From Mobula hypostoma (Eukaryota), in the NCBI RefSeq assembly GCF_963921235.1, contig NC_086108.1:16492001-16556000 (forward strand): a stretch of 64,000 bases of DNA, read 5' to 3'. The notes beneath the pieces are model-generated. The model did no database searches, had not been told where the DNA came from, and saw nothing but the letters and a program-made list of their open reading frames with translations. The position numbers and the translations under genes are program-made. Below, piece after piece: positions 20,863-31,630 of the stretch (the stretch's first letter is position 1; each line of letters opens with the position of its first letter).

Positions 20863-23800
20863 TTACATTAAATGAAAATATCGAATAAAAGGTCCCCAAA
20901 TCTGTTCAAATTTAAATGAAGAATCATAAAGGTTACTTCTAATTTTCTCCAGATTCAAACATAAAATCGTCTGAGAAAACCAAAAAAAGGTAGTTGGAGC
21001 ATTAAGCTCTTTCCAATGTTGTAAAATACATCTTTTCGCCATTAAAGTAAGAAATGCAATCATTCTACGGGCTGAAGGGGAAAGATTACTAGAAATTTTA
21101 GGTAGTCCAAAGATAGCAGTAATAGGGTGAGGAGAGATATCTATATTTAATACCTTAGAAATAATATTGAAAATATCTCTCCAAAAAGTTTCCAAAGTAG
21201 GGCAAGACCAAAACATATGAGTTAAAGAGGCTATCTGCCCCGAACATCTATCACAGAAAGGATTAATATGCGAGTAAAAACGCGCTAACTTATCTTTGGA
21301 CATATGTGCTCTATGCACCACTTTAAATTGAATTAGGGAATGTTTAGCACAAATAGAGGAAGTATTAACTAATTGTAAAATCTGCCCCCAATCATCCACA
21401 GAAATGGTAAGCCCCAATTCCTGTTCCCAATCTACCCTAATCTTATCAAATGGAGCTTTCCTGAGTTTCATAATAATATTATAAATCATAGCCGATGCAC
21501 CTTTCTGACATGGATTAAGGTTAATTATCGAATCTAAAATATATATAGGAGGAAGCATTGGAAAGGAAGGAAGTATAGTACTTAGAAAATTTCTAACTTG
21601 TAAATATCTAAAAAAATGTATTCTTGATAGGTTATATTTATTAGATAATTGTTCAAAAGACATAAGGGAACCATCTAAAAATAAATCCAAAAACCGTAAA
21701 ATACCCTTAGTCTTCCAAGTTTGAAAAGCGCGATCCGTAAAAGAGGGAGGAAAAAATATGTTACCTAAAATAGGAATCGCTAACCCGAATTGATTAAGAT
21801 CAAAAAATTTTCTGAATTGAAACCAAATACGCAAAACATATTTAACGATCGGGTTAGAGACCTGCTTAAGGCGTTTCGAATCAAAAGGAAGAGATGAACC
21901 TAAAATAGAACCAAGTGTATAACCCTGAACAGATTGTAATTCCAATGCTACCCATTTAGGAATAGATAGTATATCCCGGTCAAGTAACCAAAATTTCATA
22001 TGTCGAATATTAATAGCCCAATAATAAAATCTAAAGTTAGGTAATGCTAAACCTCCATCTCTCTTAGCTTTCTGTAAATGTATTTTACCCAGTCTCGGAT
22101 TCTTATTCTGCCAAATAAATGAAGAAATTTTAGAGTCGACTTTATCAAAAAAAGATTTAGGAACGAAAATTGGTAATGCCTGAAACACATATAAAAATTT
22201 TGGCAAAAAAAACATCTTAACTGCATTAATACGACCAATCAAAGTTAAATATAAAGGAAACCATTTAGATGAAAGTTGAGTAATATGGTCTATTAATGGT
22301 AAAAGGTTAGTCTTAAATAAATCTTTATGTTTACAAGTAATTTTAATCCCAAGATATGAAAGGTAATTATTAATCAATTTAAATGGAAATTTATAATATA
22401 AGGGAAGATGTTTATTAATCGGAAAAAGTTCACTCTTACTAAGATTTAATTTATAACCTGAGAAAAGACCAAATTGTGCTAATAACTCTAAAACAGCAGG
22501 AATAGATCTCTCAGGATTAGAAATATATAAAAGTAAATCATCAGCATAGAGTGATAATTTATGGGACTTTAATCCCCGAGTTATCCCAGTAATATTTGAA
22601 GATTCTCGAATAGCAATTGCAAGAGGTTCTAATGCAATATCAAATAATAGGGGACTAAGAGGACAGCCTTGTCGAGTACCACGAAAGAGAGGAAAAAAAG
22701 GTGAGTTTAAAGAGTTAGTACGAACCGAGGCTACAGGGGAGTGATATAACAGTTTAATCCAGGATATAAATTTCAGGCTAAAATTAAACATTTCAAGCAC
22801 CTTAAATAAATAAGGCCATTCTACTCTATCAAAAGCTTTCTCGGCATCTAAAGAAATAACACACTCAGGAACATTTTGTGAGGGAGTATAAACGATATTT
22901 AACAATGTACGAATATTATAAAAAGAGTAACGACCTTTAATAAAACCCGTTTGGTCTTCCGAAATAATAGAAGGAAGTACTTTCTCTAGTCTATTTGCTA
23001 ATAACTTAGAAAAAACTTTAGAATCAACATTTAATAAAGATATTGGTCTATAAGATGCACATTGAGCAGGGTCTTTATCCTTCTTTAGTATTAAAGAAAT
23101 TGATGCTCTATTAAAAGATTCCGGAAGTTTACCAAGTTTCAAAGAAGCCTCAAAAACCTTATAGAGCCAAGGAATCAATAAAGAAGCAAAACATTTATAA
23201 AATTCAACGGTAAACCCATCAGGGCCAGGAGCTTTCCCCAGATTCATAGAAAAAATAACATTCTTAATCTCATCCATTGTAATGGAAGTATCTAATAAAG
23301 AAGACATATCCTGTGAAATCTGAGGAAAGTCTAACTTATCTAAAAAATCATTCATATATTTAGAATCTCGAGGAGACTCTGATTGATATAAAGAAGAATA
23401 AAAATCACAAAAGGTTTGATTAATCCCCACATGATCCAATATCAATCGATCATTTTGGTTATAAATCTGATTGATTTGAGATTTAACATAATTAGATTTC
23501 AATTGATTAGCCAGCAGCTTGCCAATTTTATCAGCCAGCAGCTTGCCAATTTTATCACTGTGAACATAAAAATCACTTCTTGTTTTCTTTAATTGGTTTA
23601 CAATCGAGGACGAGAGTAGTAAACTGTGTTCCATTTGAAGTTCAGTTCTTTGTTTGTATAGCTCCTCAGAAGGAGCCATAACATATTTCTTATCAATTTC
23701 TTTAATCTTGTCCACAATTGCCATCTCCTCCTGCTTCTGTTTCTTCCTCAAAGCAACGGAATACGAAATAATCTGACCCCGAATATAGGCTTTAAAAGTG

Positions 23801-24663
23801 TCCCAAAGAGTGTTAACCGAAATATCTTCTGTATGGTTAATTATAAAAAAAAGCTCAATCTGTTCATTCATAAAATTAACAAAGTCCGAGTCCTGAAGCA
23901 ACAGCGAATTAAAACGCCATTGTCTATTGTTTGGTATATTGGCCATAATTTTAATAGAAAGCTTAAGTGGAGCATGATCCGAAATGGTTATAGAATCATA
24001 ATCACATTTAATCACTGAAGGAATGAGACGAGAATCAATAAAAAAATAATCAATTCTTGAATAGGAATGATGAACATGTGAAAAAAAGGAAAAATCTTTT
24101 TCCTGAGGATGCAGAAAACGCCAAATATCCGTCGACCCAGAATCAGAAAGGAAAAAATTAATCAAATTTGCAGATTTATTAGGTAAAGTCCGTAAAGGAG
24201 CCGAACGGTCCAAAGCTGGAGATAAACAGGTATTAAGATCTCCGCCCCAAATCAATGAAAACTCGTTCAAATTCGGAAACTGATCAAACAATGATTTATA
24301 AAATTCCGGACAATCCATATTAGGAGCATAAACATTAACCAAAACTACTTTTTTATTAAATAGTAAACCACTAACCAATAAAAATCTACCATTCGGATCA
24401 GAGATAATATCCTGTTGTATAAAAGTAACTGAGGAATCTATAAAAATAGAGACGCCTCGAATCTTAGCATTGGAGTTCGAATGAAATTGTTGTTCCTTCC
24501 AGAATTTGAAAAAACGTAGTCTGTCCCCCCTCCGTACATGGGTCTCTTGTAAAAATAAAATTTGTGCTTTAAGTCTCCGGAACACTTTAAAAACTTTTTT
24601 TCTTTTAATAGGATGATTAAGACCATTAGTATTCCAGGAGACAAAATTAATAATAGACTCCAT
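20863..24663 (-). CDS. L1 ORF2p (APE endonuclease, reverse transcriptase, CCHC), 1266 aa from the likely ATG
   Basis: Endonuclease motifs SWNTNGL, LQETH, GGDLN, SRIDYF, SDHAP. RT motifs KAPGPDG, YRPISLLN, SLDAEKAFDRV, GTRQGCPLSP, YADD. C-terminal CDRC...HMFWSC. No stops or frameshifts. Confidence 0.96.
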   Translation of the reverse strand: MESIINFVSWNTNGLNHPIKRKKVFKVFRRLKAQILFLQETHVRRGDRLRFFKFWKEQQFHSNSNAKIRGVSIFIDSSVTFIQQDIISDPNGRFLLVSGLLFNKKVVLVNVYAPNMDCPEFYKSLFDQFPNLNEFSLIWGGDLNTCLSPALDRSAPLRTLPNKSANLINFFLSDSGSTDIWRFLHPQEKDFSFFSHVHHSYSRIDYFFIDSRLIPSVIKCDYDSITISDHAPLKLSIKIMANIPNNRQWRFNSLLLQDSDFVNFMNEQIELFFIINHTEDISVNTLWDTFKAYIRGQIISYSVALRKKQKQEEMAIVDKIKEIDKKYVMAPSEELYKQRTELQMEHSLLLSSSIVNQLKKTRSDFYVHSDKIGKLLADKIGKLLANQLKSNYVKSQINQIYNQNDRLILDHVGINQTFCDFYSSLYQSESPRDSKYMNDFLDKLDFPQISQDMSSLLDTSITMDEIKNVIFSMNLGKAPGPDGFTVEFYKCFASLLIPWLYKVFEASLKLGKLPESFNRASISLILKKDKDPAQCASYRPISLLNVDSKVFSKLLANRLEKVLPSIISEDQTGFIKGRYSFYNIRTLLNIVYTPSQNVPECVISLDAEKAFDRVEWPYLFKVLEMFNFSLKFISWIKLLYHSPVASVRTNSLNSPFFPLFRGTRQGCPLSPLLFDIALEPLAIAIRESSNITGITRGLKSHKLSLYADDLLLYISNPERSIPAVLELLAQFGLFSGYKLNLSKSELFPINKHLPLYYKFPFKLINNYLSYLGIKITCKHKDLFKTNLLPLIDHITQLSSKWFPLYLTLIGRINAVKMFFLPKFLYVFQALPIFVPKSFFDKVDSKISSFIWQNKNPRLGKIHLQKAKRDGGLALPNFRFYYWAINIRHMKFWLLDRDILSIPKWVALELQSVQGYTLGSILGSSLPFDSKRLKQVSNPIVKYVLRIWFQFRKFFDLNQFGLAIPILGNIFFPPSFTDRAFQTWKTKGILRFLDLFLDGSLMSFEQLSNKYNLSRIHFFRYLQVRNFLSTILPSFPMLPPIYILDSIINLNPCQKGASAMIYNIIMKLRKAPFDKIRVDWEQELGLTISVDDWGQILQLVNTSSICAKHSLIQFKVVHRAHMSKDKLARFYSHINPFCDRCSGQIASLTHMFWSCPTLETFWRDIFNIISKVLNIDISPHPITAIFGLPKISSNLSPSARRMIAFLTLMAKRCILQHWKELNAPTTFFWFSQTILCLNLEKIRSNLYDSSFKFEQIWGPFIRYFHLM

Positions 24664-25390
24664 AAATCCTAAAGTCAACCCACGACAAGGAGGATTGACA
24701 ATAGGCGCGACCCACAAACCCGGAGAGGAAACAGAACATACAAAAGATACCGGGGAAAAGGACGCAACCAGTACTTCAATAATGTATATAGCCCAAAGAA
24801 AAACAAACTAAAACGTGAAGCCCCTCCCGCCACCCCCCAGCCCAAGACCCCAAGGCAAAATCTAAAGCAGACCCGCCAGAAAGAAGCAAGCGCTAAAACT
24901 ACCCCCATGACTTCCGGTATACGCTCCCTAAAAAAAAGGTATAAATATGAAAAGGATCAGCTAATTGTAAAACAGTAAAAAAATAAGTAAAAAAAAGTTA
25001 ACTCAATTAGAATACACACAGAACAGAACAAAAGCCGGAAAATATATATTAAAAAAAACCACAATAAACCTCAAACTCATGAATAGACACAGCAACAAAC
25101 AAAAAAAAAATAGGATTATTAACATAAAGTGATTATAAAAAGCAAAACAGAATAAAATTTAAACAAAAACTACAAAATTTAAGGCCGCACAGGAAATACG
25201 TAAGATGACAAAAGGGAAGTAACCACCCAGAATCCCCTGGGAAAAGAAAGAAATGACGCAGTTAAAAAGAAAGTTTAGTAGCCATATTAAGAAATCGAAA
25301 GTAAACTTTTCTGCCCAAATAGGGCACAGAAAAGTTAAAACCAACCAATTCACAGCCTCCGATCGACGGAGAAAATTAAAAAGAAAGCAA

Positions 25391-26290
25391 TTAAGATGTT
25401 GGAGATGAAAGTTGATCCAGATAACTCTGGGCATCCGATGGAGAATCAAAAAAACGAAGGGCTCCATCTGCCATGCGAATCCTTAGACGTGCAGGGTACA
25501 GCAGCGCTGGTCTTAAATCCATCTTATAGAATTCCGACATCACGGATCTGTAACGGACCCGTTGGTCCCAGATTGGTTTACTGAAATCTTCCACAAATCG
25601 GAACTTAAGATCCGAAAAATCAATGAAACCTTTAGATCGAGCGAATCGAAACAGTCTCTCCTTGTCTTGAAAGTAATGAAAACGTAAGATAACATGCCTA
25701 GGTCTATCTGACCTAGACGAGTATGATGGGATTCTGTGAACACGATCCAGTAGCGGTGGTTGGTCAGGAAATACAGTAGGGAATGCATCTTTTAAAAGTT
25801 GGGAGAAATATTTCATGGGGTTGTTACCTTCAGCGGCTTCCCTCACGCCAATCATTTGTAAATTCTGCCGTCGCATTCTAGATTCCAAGTCAGAGTTTTT
25901 AAAAGTCAAAAAGTCAAGTTTCTTCTTCATTACATTAATTGTTTCTTCGATTTTCCCCATCTTAAGCTCACTTTGTTGCGCGAATTTTTGAAGATCAGAT
26001 ATAGCCGACTGATGTTCCGCAATACATGTTTGCATCTTATCAATTAAATCGGCAATTTTCTGGAAATTAGTTGAGATTTCCGTATGAATCAGGTCTTTAA
26101 CAGGGCCTGCAATTTCCGTACGAATCATCTCCCTAACAGAGGTTGAGATTTCCCTCTGAATTAACTCCGCTATCGCTTTCAAAGTCACCGGTGATTCAGT
26201 CGGAGGGAGATCCGTAGCTTTCGGTTTAACCGGAGGTTTACCATCCTTGCCGTCTTTCTCGTTCTTAGACATAGCAGATCTAAGTTCCAT
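25391..26290 (-). CDS. L1 ORF1p (coiled coil, RRM, CTD; Transposase_22-like)
   Basis: 299-aa open frame with DLESRMRRQNLQMIGVREAAE, LDRVHRI, PRHVILRF, EDFS and LLYPARLRI motifs typical of fish-type L1 ORF1. Confidence 0.92.
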   Translation of the reverse strand: MELRSAMSKNEKDGKDGKPPVKPKATDLPPTESPVTLKAIAELIQREISTSVREMIRTEIAGPVKDLIHTEISTNFQKIADLIDKMQTCIAEHQSAISDLQKFAQQSELKMGKIEETINVMKKKLDFLTFKNSDLESRMRRQNLQMIGVREAAEGNNPMKYFSQLLKDAFPTVFPDQPPLLDRVHRIPSYSSRSDRPRHVILRFHYFQDKERLFRFARSKGFIDFSDLKFRFVEDFSKPIWDQRVRYRSVMSEFYKMDLRPALLYPARLRIRMADGALRFFDSPSDAQSYLDQLSSPTS

Positions 26291-28514
26291 CCAGTTGTCG
26301 GAGAATTCAGTTTAATTCAAAGTATTGTAAGAGTTGATGCCTTAATGGTTAATTAAAGTATAGCTGACCATAGAGAAAAAAAACTCAGAGGTAATGGAGC
26401 GAGTCAAGAACGCGACTTCACTCCATGAGCGCTACCGGAAGTCCTCGCCATACATTTTCAATAGGAGATAGATCTGGACTGGCAGCAGGCCAGTCAGGCA
26501 CACGCACTCTGTGTCTACAAAGCCACGCTGTTGTAGCCCGTGCAGAATATGGTCTGGCATTGTCCAGCTGAAATAAGCATGGACGTCCCGGGAAGAGACG
26601 TTGCCTTGATGGCAACATATGTCTCTCTAAAATCCTAATATACACCTCAGAGTCAATGGTACCTTCTCATACATGCAACTCACCCATGCCGTGGGCACTG
26701 ATGCACCCTCATACCATCACAGATGCTGGCTTTTGCACCGTTCGCTGATAACAATCTGGATGGTCGTTTTCATCTTTGGCACGGAGAACTGGATGCCCGT
26801 TTTTTCCGAAAACTAGCTGAAATGTGGACTCATCTGATCACAGTACACGGTTCCACAGCCTTTCGGCCCATCTGAGATGAGCTCAGGCCCAGAGAACTCG
26901 CCGGCGTTTCTGCATAGAGTTGATGTATGGCTTCCTCCATGCATAATACAGTTTCAAGTTGCATTTCTGGATGCAGCGACGAACTGTGTTGAGTGACAAT
27001 GGTTTTCCAAAGTACTCCCGAGCCCAGGTGGCTATAATTGTCACAGTAGCATGACGGTTTCTTAGGCAGTGCCGCCTGAGGGCTCGAAGATCACGCGCAT
27101 TCAACAGTAGTTTCCGACCTTGCCCTTTACGCACTGAGATGTCTCTGAATTCTCTGCAATCTTACGTTGAGAAATGTTCCTTTTGAACTGACTAACAATT
27201 CTCTCACGAATTTTGGCACAAAGGGGTGAGCCACGACCCATCCTTGCTTGCAAAGACTGAGCCTTTGATGGACTCTACTTTTATACCTAGTCATGATACC
27301 TCACCTGCTACCAATTAGCCTGCTGAATGTGGAGTCTTCCAAACCGGTGTTACTTGAATATTCTGTGCACTTTTCAATCTTATTTTAACTCTGTCCCAAC
27401 TTTTGTTGAGTGTGTTGCAGCCATCAAATTCTAAATTTGTGTATGTTTACAAAATACAATTAAGTTGGTCAGTAAAACTATTGAAAATCTTTCCTTTGTA
27501 TTTTGTCAGTTAAATAAAGGTTCATGTGAATTAACATATCACAGATTTTTGTTTTTATTGCATTTTGGAAAATATCCCAACTTTTCTGGAAATGGGGTTT
27601 ATAACTATTTCATTCTCCGTCTGATTGCGAAATTCAACCATACTATGATCACTCTTTCCAGGAGGATCCCTGAATACAAGATCGTCAATCTTACTTGTCT
27701 CATTGCACAGGACTAGATCTAAGATAGTATTTTCCCTTGTCAGTTCACTAAAGAAAGAAATTCAAGAAAGCTATTACGGATGCATTCTGTGAAGTCCTCC
27801 TCAAGACTTTCTTGACTAACCTGATTCACCCAATCTACGTGGAAGTTAAAATTCCCCATGACAACTGCCATTCTGTTCTTACAAGCCTCAGTTATTTCTT
27901 CGTTAATCGCCTCTGCCACTGCAATATTTTTATTAGGTGGCCTATAGACAACACCTACCAGTGATTTTTCTCCCTTTACTATTCTTAATCTCTACCCAGA
28001 TGGACTCAACATTCTACTCCGTAGATCTTATATCGTCTCTCACAATCGCCCTGATCTCATCCCTAACCAAGAGCGCCACCCCACCTCCTCTGCCTTCCTG
28101 CCTATCTTTCCGTATTACAGTGAAGAGATCTATGGGATATGGGAGATCTACAGAATCTTATGTGGAGGGGTGCAAATGAATGTATTTATTTTACAGACAG
28201 AGTCTGTAAAATCCATCGCTGTTTACTTGCCATGGCATGTACATACCCCATCCACTGTACACTTACTCAGACTGTGTTTGCATACGCTGTAGCTAAAGCA
28301 CAGTGGAGAGGCACAGATCAACTGTATTTTTTTCTCCTGATTTCATCCATTGACTCCTCAAGTGAAAGTGAAATCTTGCATCTTGGATAAGAACAAGGTA
28401 ACTCCCAGTTGTAGTTGAAAAGCCCGATGTTTCAGCATTCTAGTTCCCTTTGATTACAACAGGAGTGTGAGGTGTTATGTATGACATTTCCATTTTGTGT
28501 CATTGAATCTGCAG

Positions 28515-28620
28515 GTGCCAGTGTGTACATAACACGGGCTCAGCTGATGAACTGCCACATCTGTGCAGGGACAAGGCACAAAGTATTGCTTCGGAGGTTG
28601 TTGGCTGCATTTTTTGACCG
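28515..28620 (+). CDS. NACC1: NACC1-like coding exon 3 (BEN domain start)
   Basis: ctgcag| acceptor, CG|GTAAGT donor, 106 nt. Encodes [36 protein letters not shown]. Not in the ORF track; read manually. Confidence 0.93.
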
Positions 28621-28960
28621 GTAAGTTGCAGCTCGAAGACATCATCTGGTCTGTGGGGAGTCCCAAACTTATTTATTAAAAAAACATTGAATTCTTTGCA
28701 GGCCCTTTGGATAATGCTTGACAGTCAAAGAAACTCTTCCAAATGCCTCTGTCACTTTTTCCTGTAATCTTTGGTTACAGCAGTATTGTGACCACAAGAA
28801 ACTGCGGAGAGTTGTGAACACAGCTCAGCAAATCACAGAAACCAGCCTTCCCTCGATGGACTCTGCCTATATTTCTCCCTGCCTCCGTAAAAGCAGCCAG
28901 TATAATCAAAGAACCCACCCGTCCAGGACATTCTTCCTTCTCCCCTCTTCTATTGGGCAG

Positions 28961-31630
28961 GTTCCTGGATCATTGAGGCCTCTTCTGCGGAGGTATGACC
29001 TGTACAAAAAGGACAGGTTACACCTGAACCCCAAAGGGGTCCAATATCCTAGCAGACAGGTTTAATAGAGCTGTTAGGGAGGGTTTAAACTAATTTGGCA
29101 GGGGGATGGGAACTGGAGAGATAGGTCTGGGGAAGGGGAAGACAGAAGTAAATCAAAGATGGCATGTAACAGAGATGATAGAAAGGACAGGCAGGAGATG
29201 AGGCATAATCACATCCAGTGGGATGATTTACAACAGAAAGCAGCAAATACTGTGTTATATTTGAATGTACACAGCATAAGAAATAAAATGGACAATCTTG
29301 AAATTCAGCTACAGATTGGCAAGTATGACATTGTGGCCATCTCTGAAACTTGGCTAAAGGATGGCTGCCATTGGGAGCTGAACATCCAAGGATATACAGT
29401 GTATCGGAAAGATAGGTTAGTAGGCAGAGGGGGTGGTGTGGCCCTATATATAAGAAATAATATTAAATCATTAGAAAGGGATGACATGGAATCGGTAGGT
29501 ATAGAGTCTCTACGAGTTGAGTTAAGAAATGGCAAGGATAAAAGGACCCTAATGGCAGTTGTATACAGGCCTCTAAACAGCAGCCGGGATGTGATTACAA
29601 ATTACAGAAGGAGATAGAAAAGGCTTGTCAGAAAGGCAATGTCATGATAATCGTTAGGGATTTTAACATGAAAGTGAATTGGGAAAACCGAGCCAGTACT
29701 GGACCATAAGAAAGAGAGAATTTGCAGAATGTCTAAGGGATGGCTTTTTAGAACAGTTTGTTGTTGAAGCCAACTCGGAGATCAGCTCGGGGGGTGTTGT
29801 GCAATGATCCAGAGGTGATAAGAGAGCTTAAGGTTAAGGAACCCTTAGGGAATAGTGATTACAATATGATCGAGTTCACTTTGAAATTTGAGAAGGAGAA
29901 ACTAAATTCCAATGTGGCAGTATTTCAGTGGAATCAGTGGAATACAATGGCATGAGAGAAGAACTGGCCAAAATTGACTGGAAAGGGACACTAGCAGGAA
30001 GGACAGCAGAGCAGCAATGGCTGGAGTTTCTGTGAAAAATGAGGGACGTTTAAGACATATATTCCAAATAAGAAGAAATTTTCGAATGGAAGAAGGACAC
30101 TACCGTGGCTGACAAGTTAAGTCAGAGCCAAAGTAAAAGCAAAAGAGAGGGCATACAAGGAAGCCAAAACTAGTGGGAAGATAGAGAATTGGGAAGCCTT
30201 TAAAAACTTGTGAAAGGAAACTAAGAAGGTCATCAAGAAGGAAAAGATGAATTATGAAAGGAAGCTGGCAACTAATGTCATAGAAGATACTAAAAGCTTT
30301 TTTAAGTATATCAAGGGTAAAAGAGAGTTGAGGGTAGATATAGGATGCTGGAGATATTGTAATGAGAGACACATTTGGCAGAGGAACTGAATGCGTATTT
30401 TGCATCAGTCTTCACAACGGAAGACATCTGCAGTGTACCGGACATTGAAGAGGTTCAGGGAAGTGAAGTGAAAATTACGACTGAGGAGGTGCTCAGGAAG
30501 CTTAATGGTCTGAGGGTGGATAATTTTCCTGGACCTGATGGAATGCCCCCTCGGGAAGTAGCTAGAGAGATTTCGGAGGCACTAATAAAGATCTTTCAAG
30601 AATTAATAGATCCTGGCATTGTACTGGATGACTGGAAAATTGCAAATGTTACTCTGCTATTTAAGAAGGGTGGGAGGCAGCAGAAAGGAAACTATAGACC
30701 TGTTAGCCTGACATCAGTGGTTGGGAAATTGTTGGAATTAGTTGTTAGGGATGAGATTACAGAGTACCTGGAGGCACATGATAAGGTATGCCAAAGCCAG
30801 CATGGCTTCCTGAAAATCCTGCCTATCTAACCTACTGCAATCTTTTGAGGAAATTACAAGCAGGATAGACAAAGGAGGTGCAGTAGATGTGGTGTACTTG
30901 GATTTTCAGAAGGCCTTTGACAAGGTGTTGCACATGAGGCTGCTTAGCAAGTTAAGAGCCCATGGAATTACGTTGAAGTTACTAGCATGGATGGAGCATT
31001 GGTGGAGCGGCAGAACACAGAGAGTGGGAATAAAGGGATCCTATTCTGGCTGGCTTCCAGTTACCAGTGGAGTTCCACAGGTGTTGGTGTTGATATCGCT
31101 GCTTTTTACGATGTTTGTCAGTGATTTGGACTATGGGATTAATGGATTTGTGGCTAAATTTGCTGATGATACAGGAATGAAAGGGTTATCCTATGAGGAA
31201 CATTTGGTAGCTATATCCTCTGGAGTTCAGGAAAATGAGGGGGCATCTCATAGAAACATTCTGAATGTTAAACGGCCTGAACAGGTTAGATATGGCAAAG
31301 TTATTTCCCGTGGTAGGGGAGTCGAAGACAAGAGGGCATGACTTCAGGATTGAAGGACATCCATTTAGAACAGAGATGTGGAGAAATTACTTTAGTCAGA
31401 GGGTGGTAAATCTGTGAAATTTGTTGCCACGAGTGGCTGTGGAGGCCAAGTCATTGGGTGCATTTAAGGCAGAGATAGATAGGTTCTTGATTAGCCAGGG
31501 CATCAAAGGGTATGGGGTGAAGGCAAGGGAGTGGGGATAACTGGAAGAATTGAATCAGCCTCTGATTGAATGGTGGACCAGATGCAATGGGCCGAATAGC
31601 CTAGTTCTGCTCCTATATCTTATGGTCTTA
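28961..31630 (+). mobile_element. Decayed CR1 LINE (endonuclease and RT, internal deletion)
   Basis: [49 protein letters not shown] is fused directly to GMKGLSYEE. It splits a Rex/L2-like 3' fragment (about 28780-28960 and 31630-31900). Confidence 0.85.

Larger units (their letters stand above)
20505..26445 (-). mobile_element. Full-length LINE-1 (L1 clade), about 5.9 kb
   Basis: 14-bp TSD CGCCATACATTTTC at 20491-20504 and 26446-26459. Pre-insertion site TTTC/AA resembles the L1 endonuclease consensus. AATAAA (rc at 20525-20530) precedes a short A/GAAA tail. Both ORFs are open. Confidence 0.96.
19804..27601 (-). mobile_element. Tc1/mariner DNA transposon (DD34E, ~210-bp TIRs), interrupted by the L1 and a solo LTR
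   Basis: TA|CAAACCCCATTTCCAGAAAAGTTGGGA at 19802 and its inverse at ~27575-27603. Transposase runs from ATG 27241 (MGRGSPL) through FQLDNARP...SPDLSPIENVWR, resumes after the L1 and ends KGDVTQW-stop at 20316. It is decayed by a deletion and frameshifts. Confidence 0.93.
16770..28115 (-). mobile_element. Decayed CR1 LINE hosting the Tc1/L1 nest (CR1 sequence at about 16770-19803 and 27602-28115)
   Basis: RT fragments ([35 protein letters not shown]). Sequence reads continuously across the Tc1 (ttagatcTA...TAactatttc). Confidence 0.85.

Noticed and set aside
24664..24717. N-terminal extension of L1 ORF2 in the ORF track
   Set aside because: It begins at a non-ATG codon. Endonuclease homology starts at MESIINFVSWN (24663).
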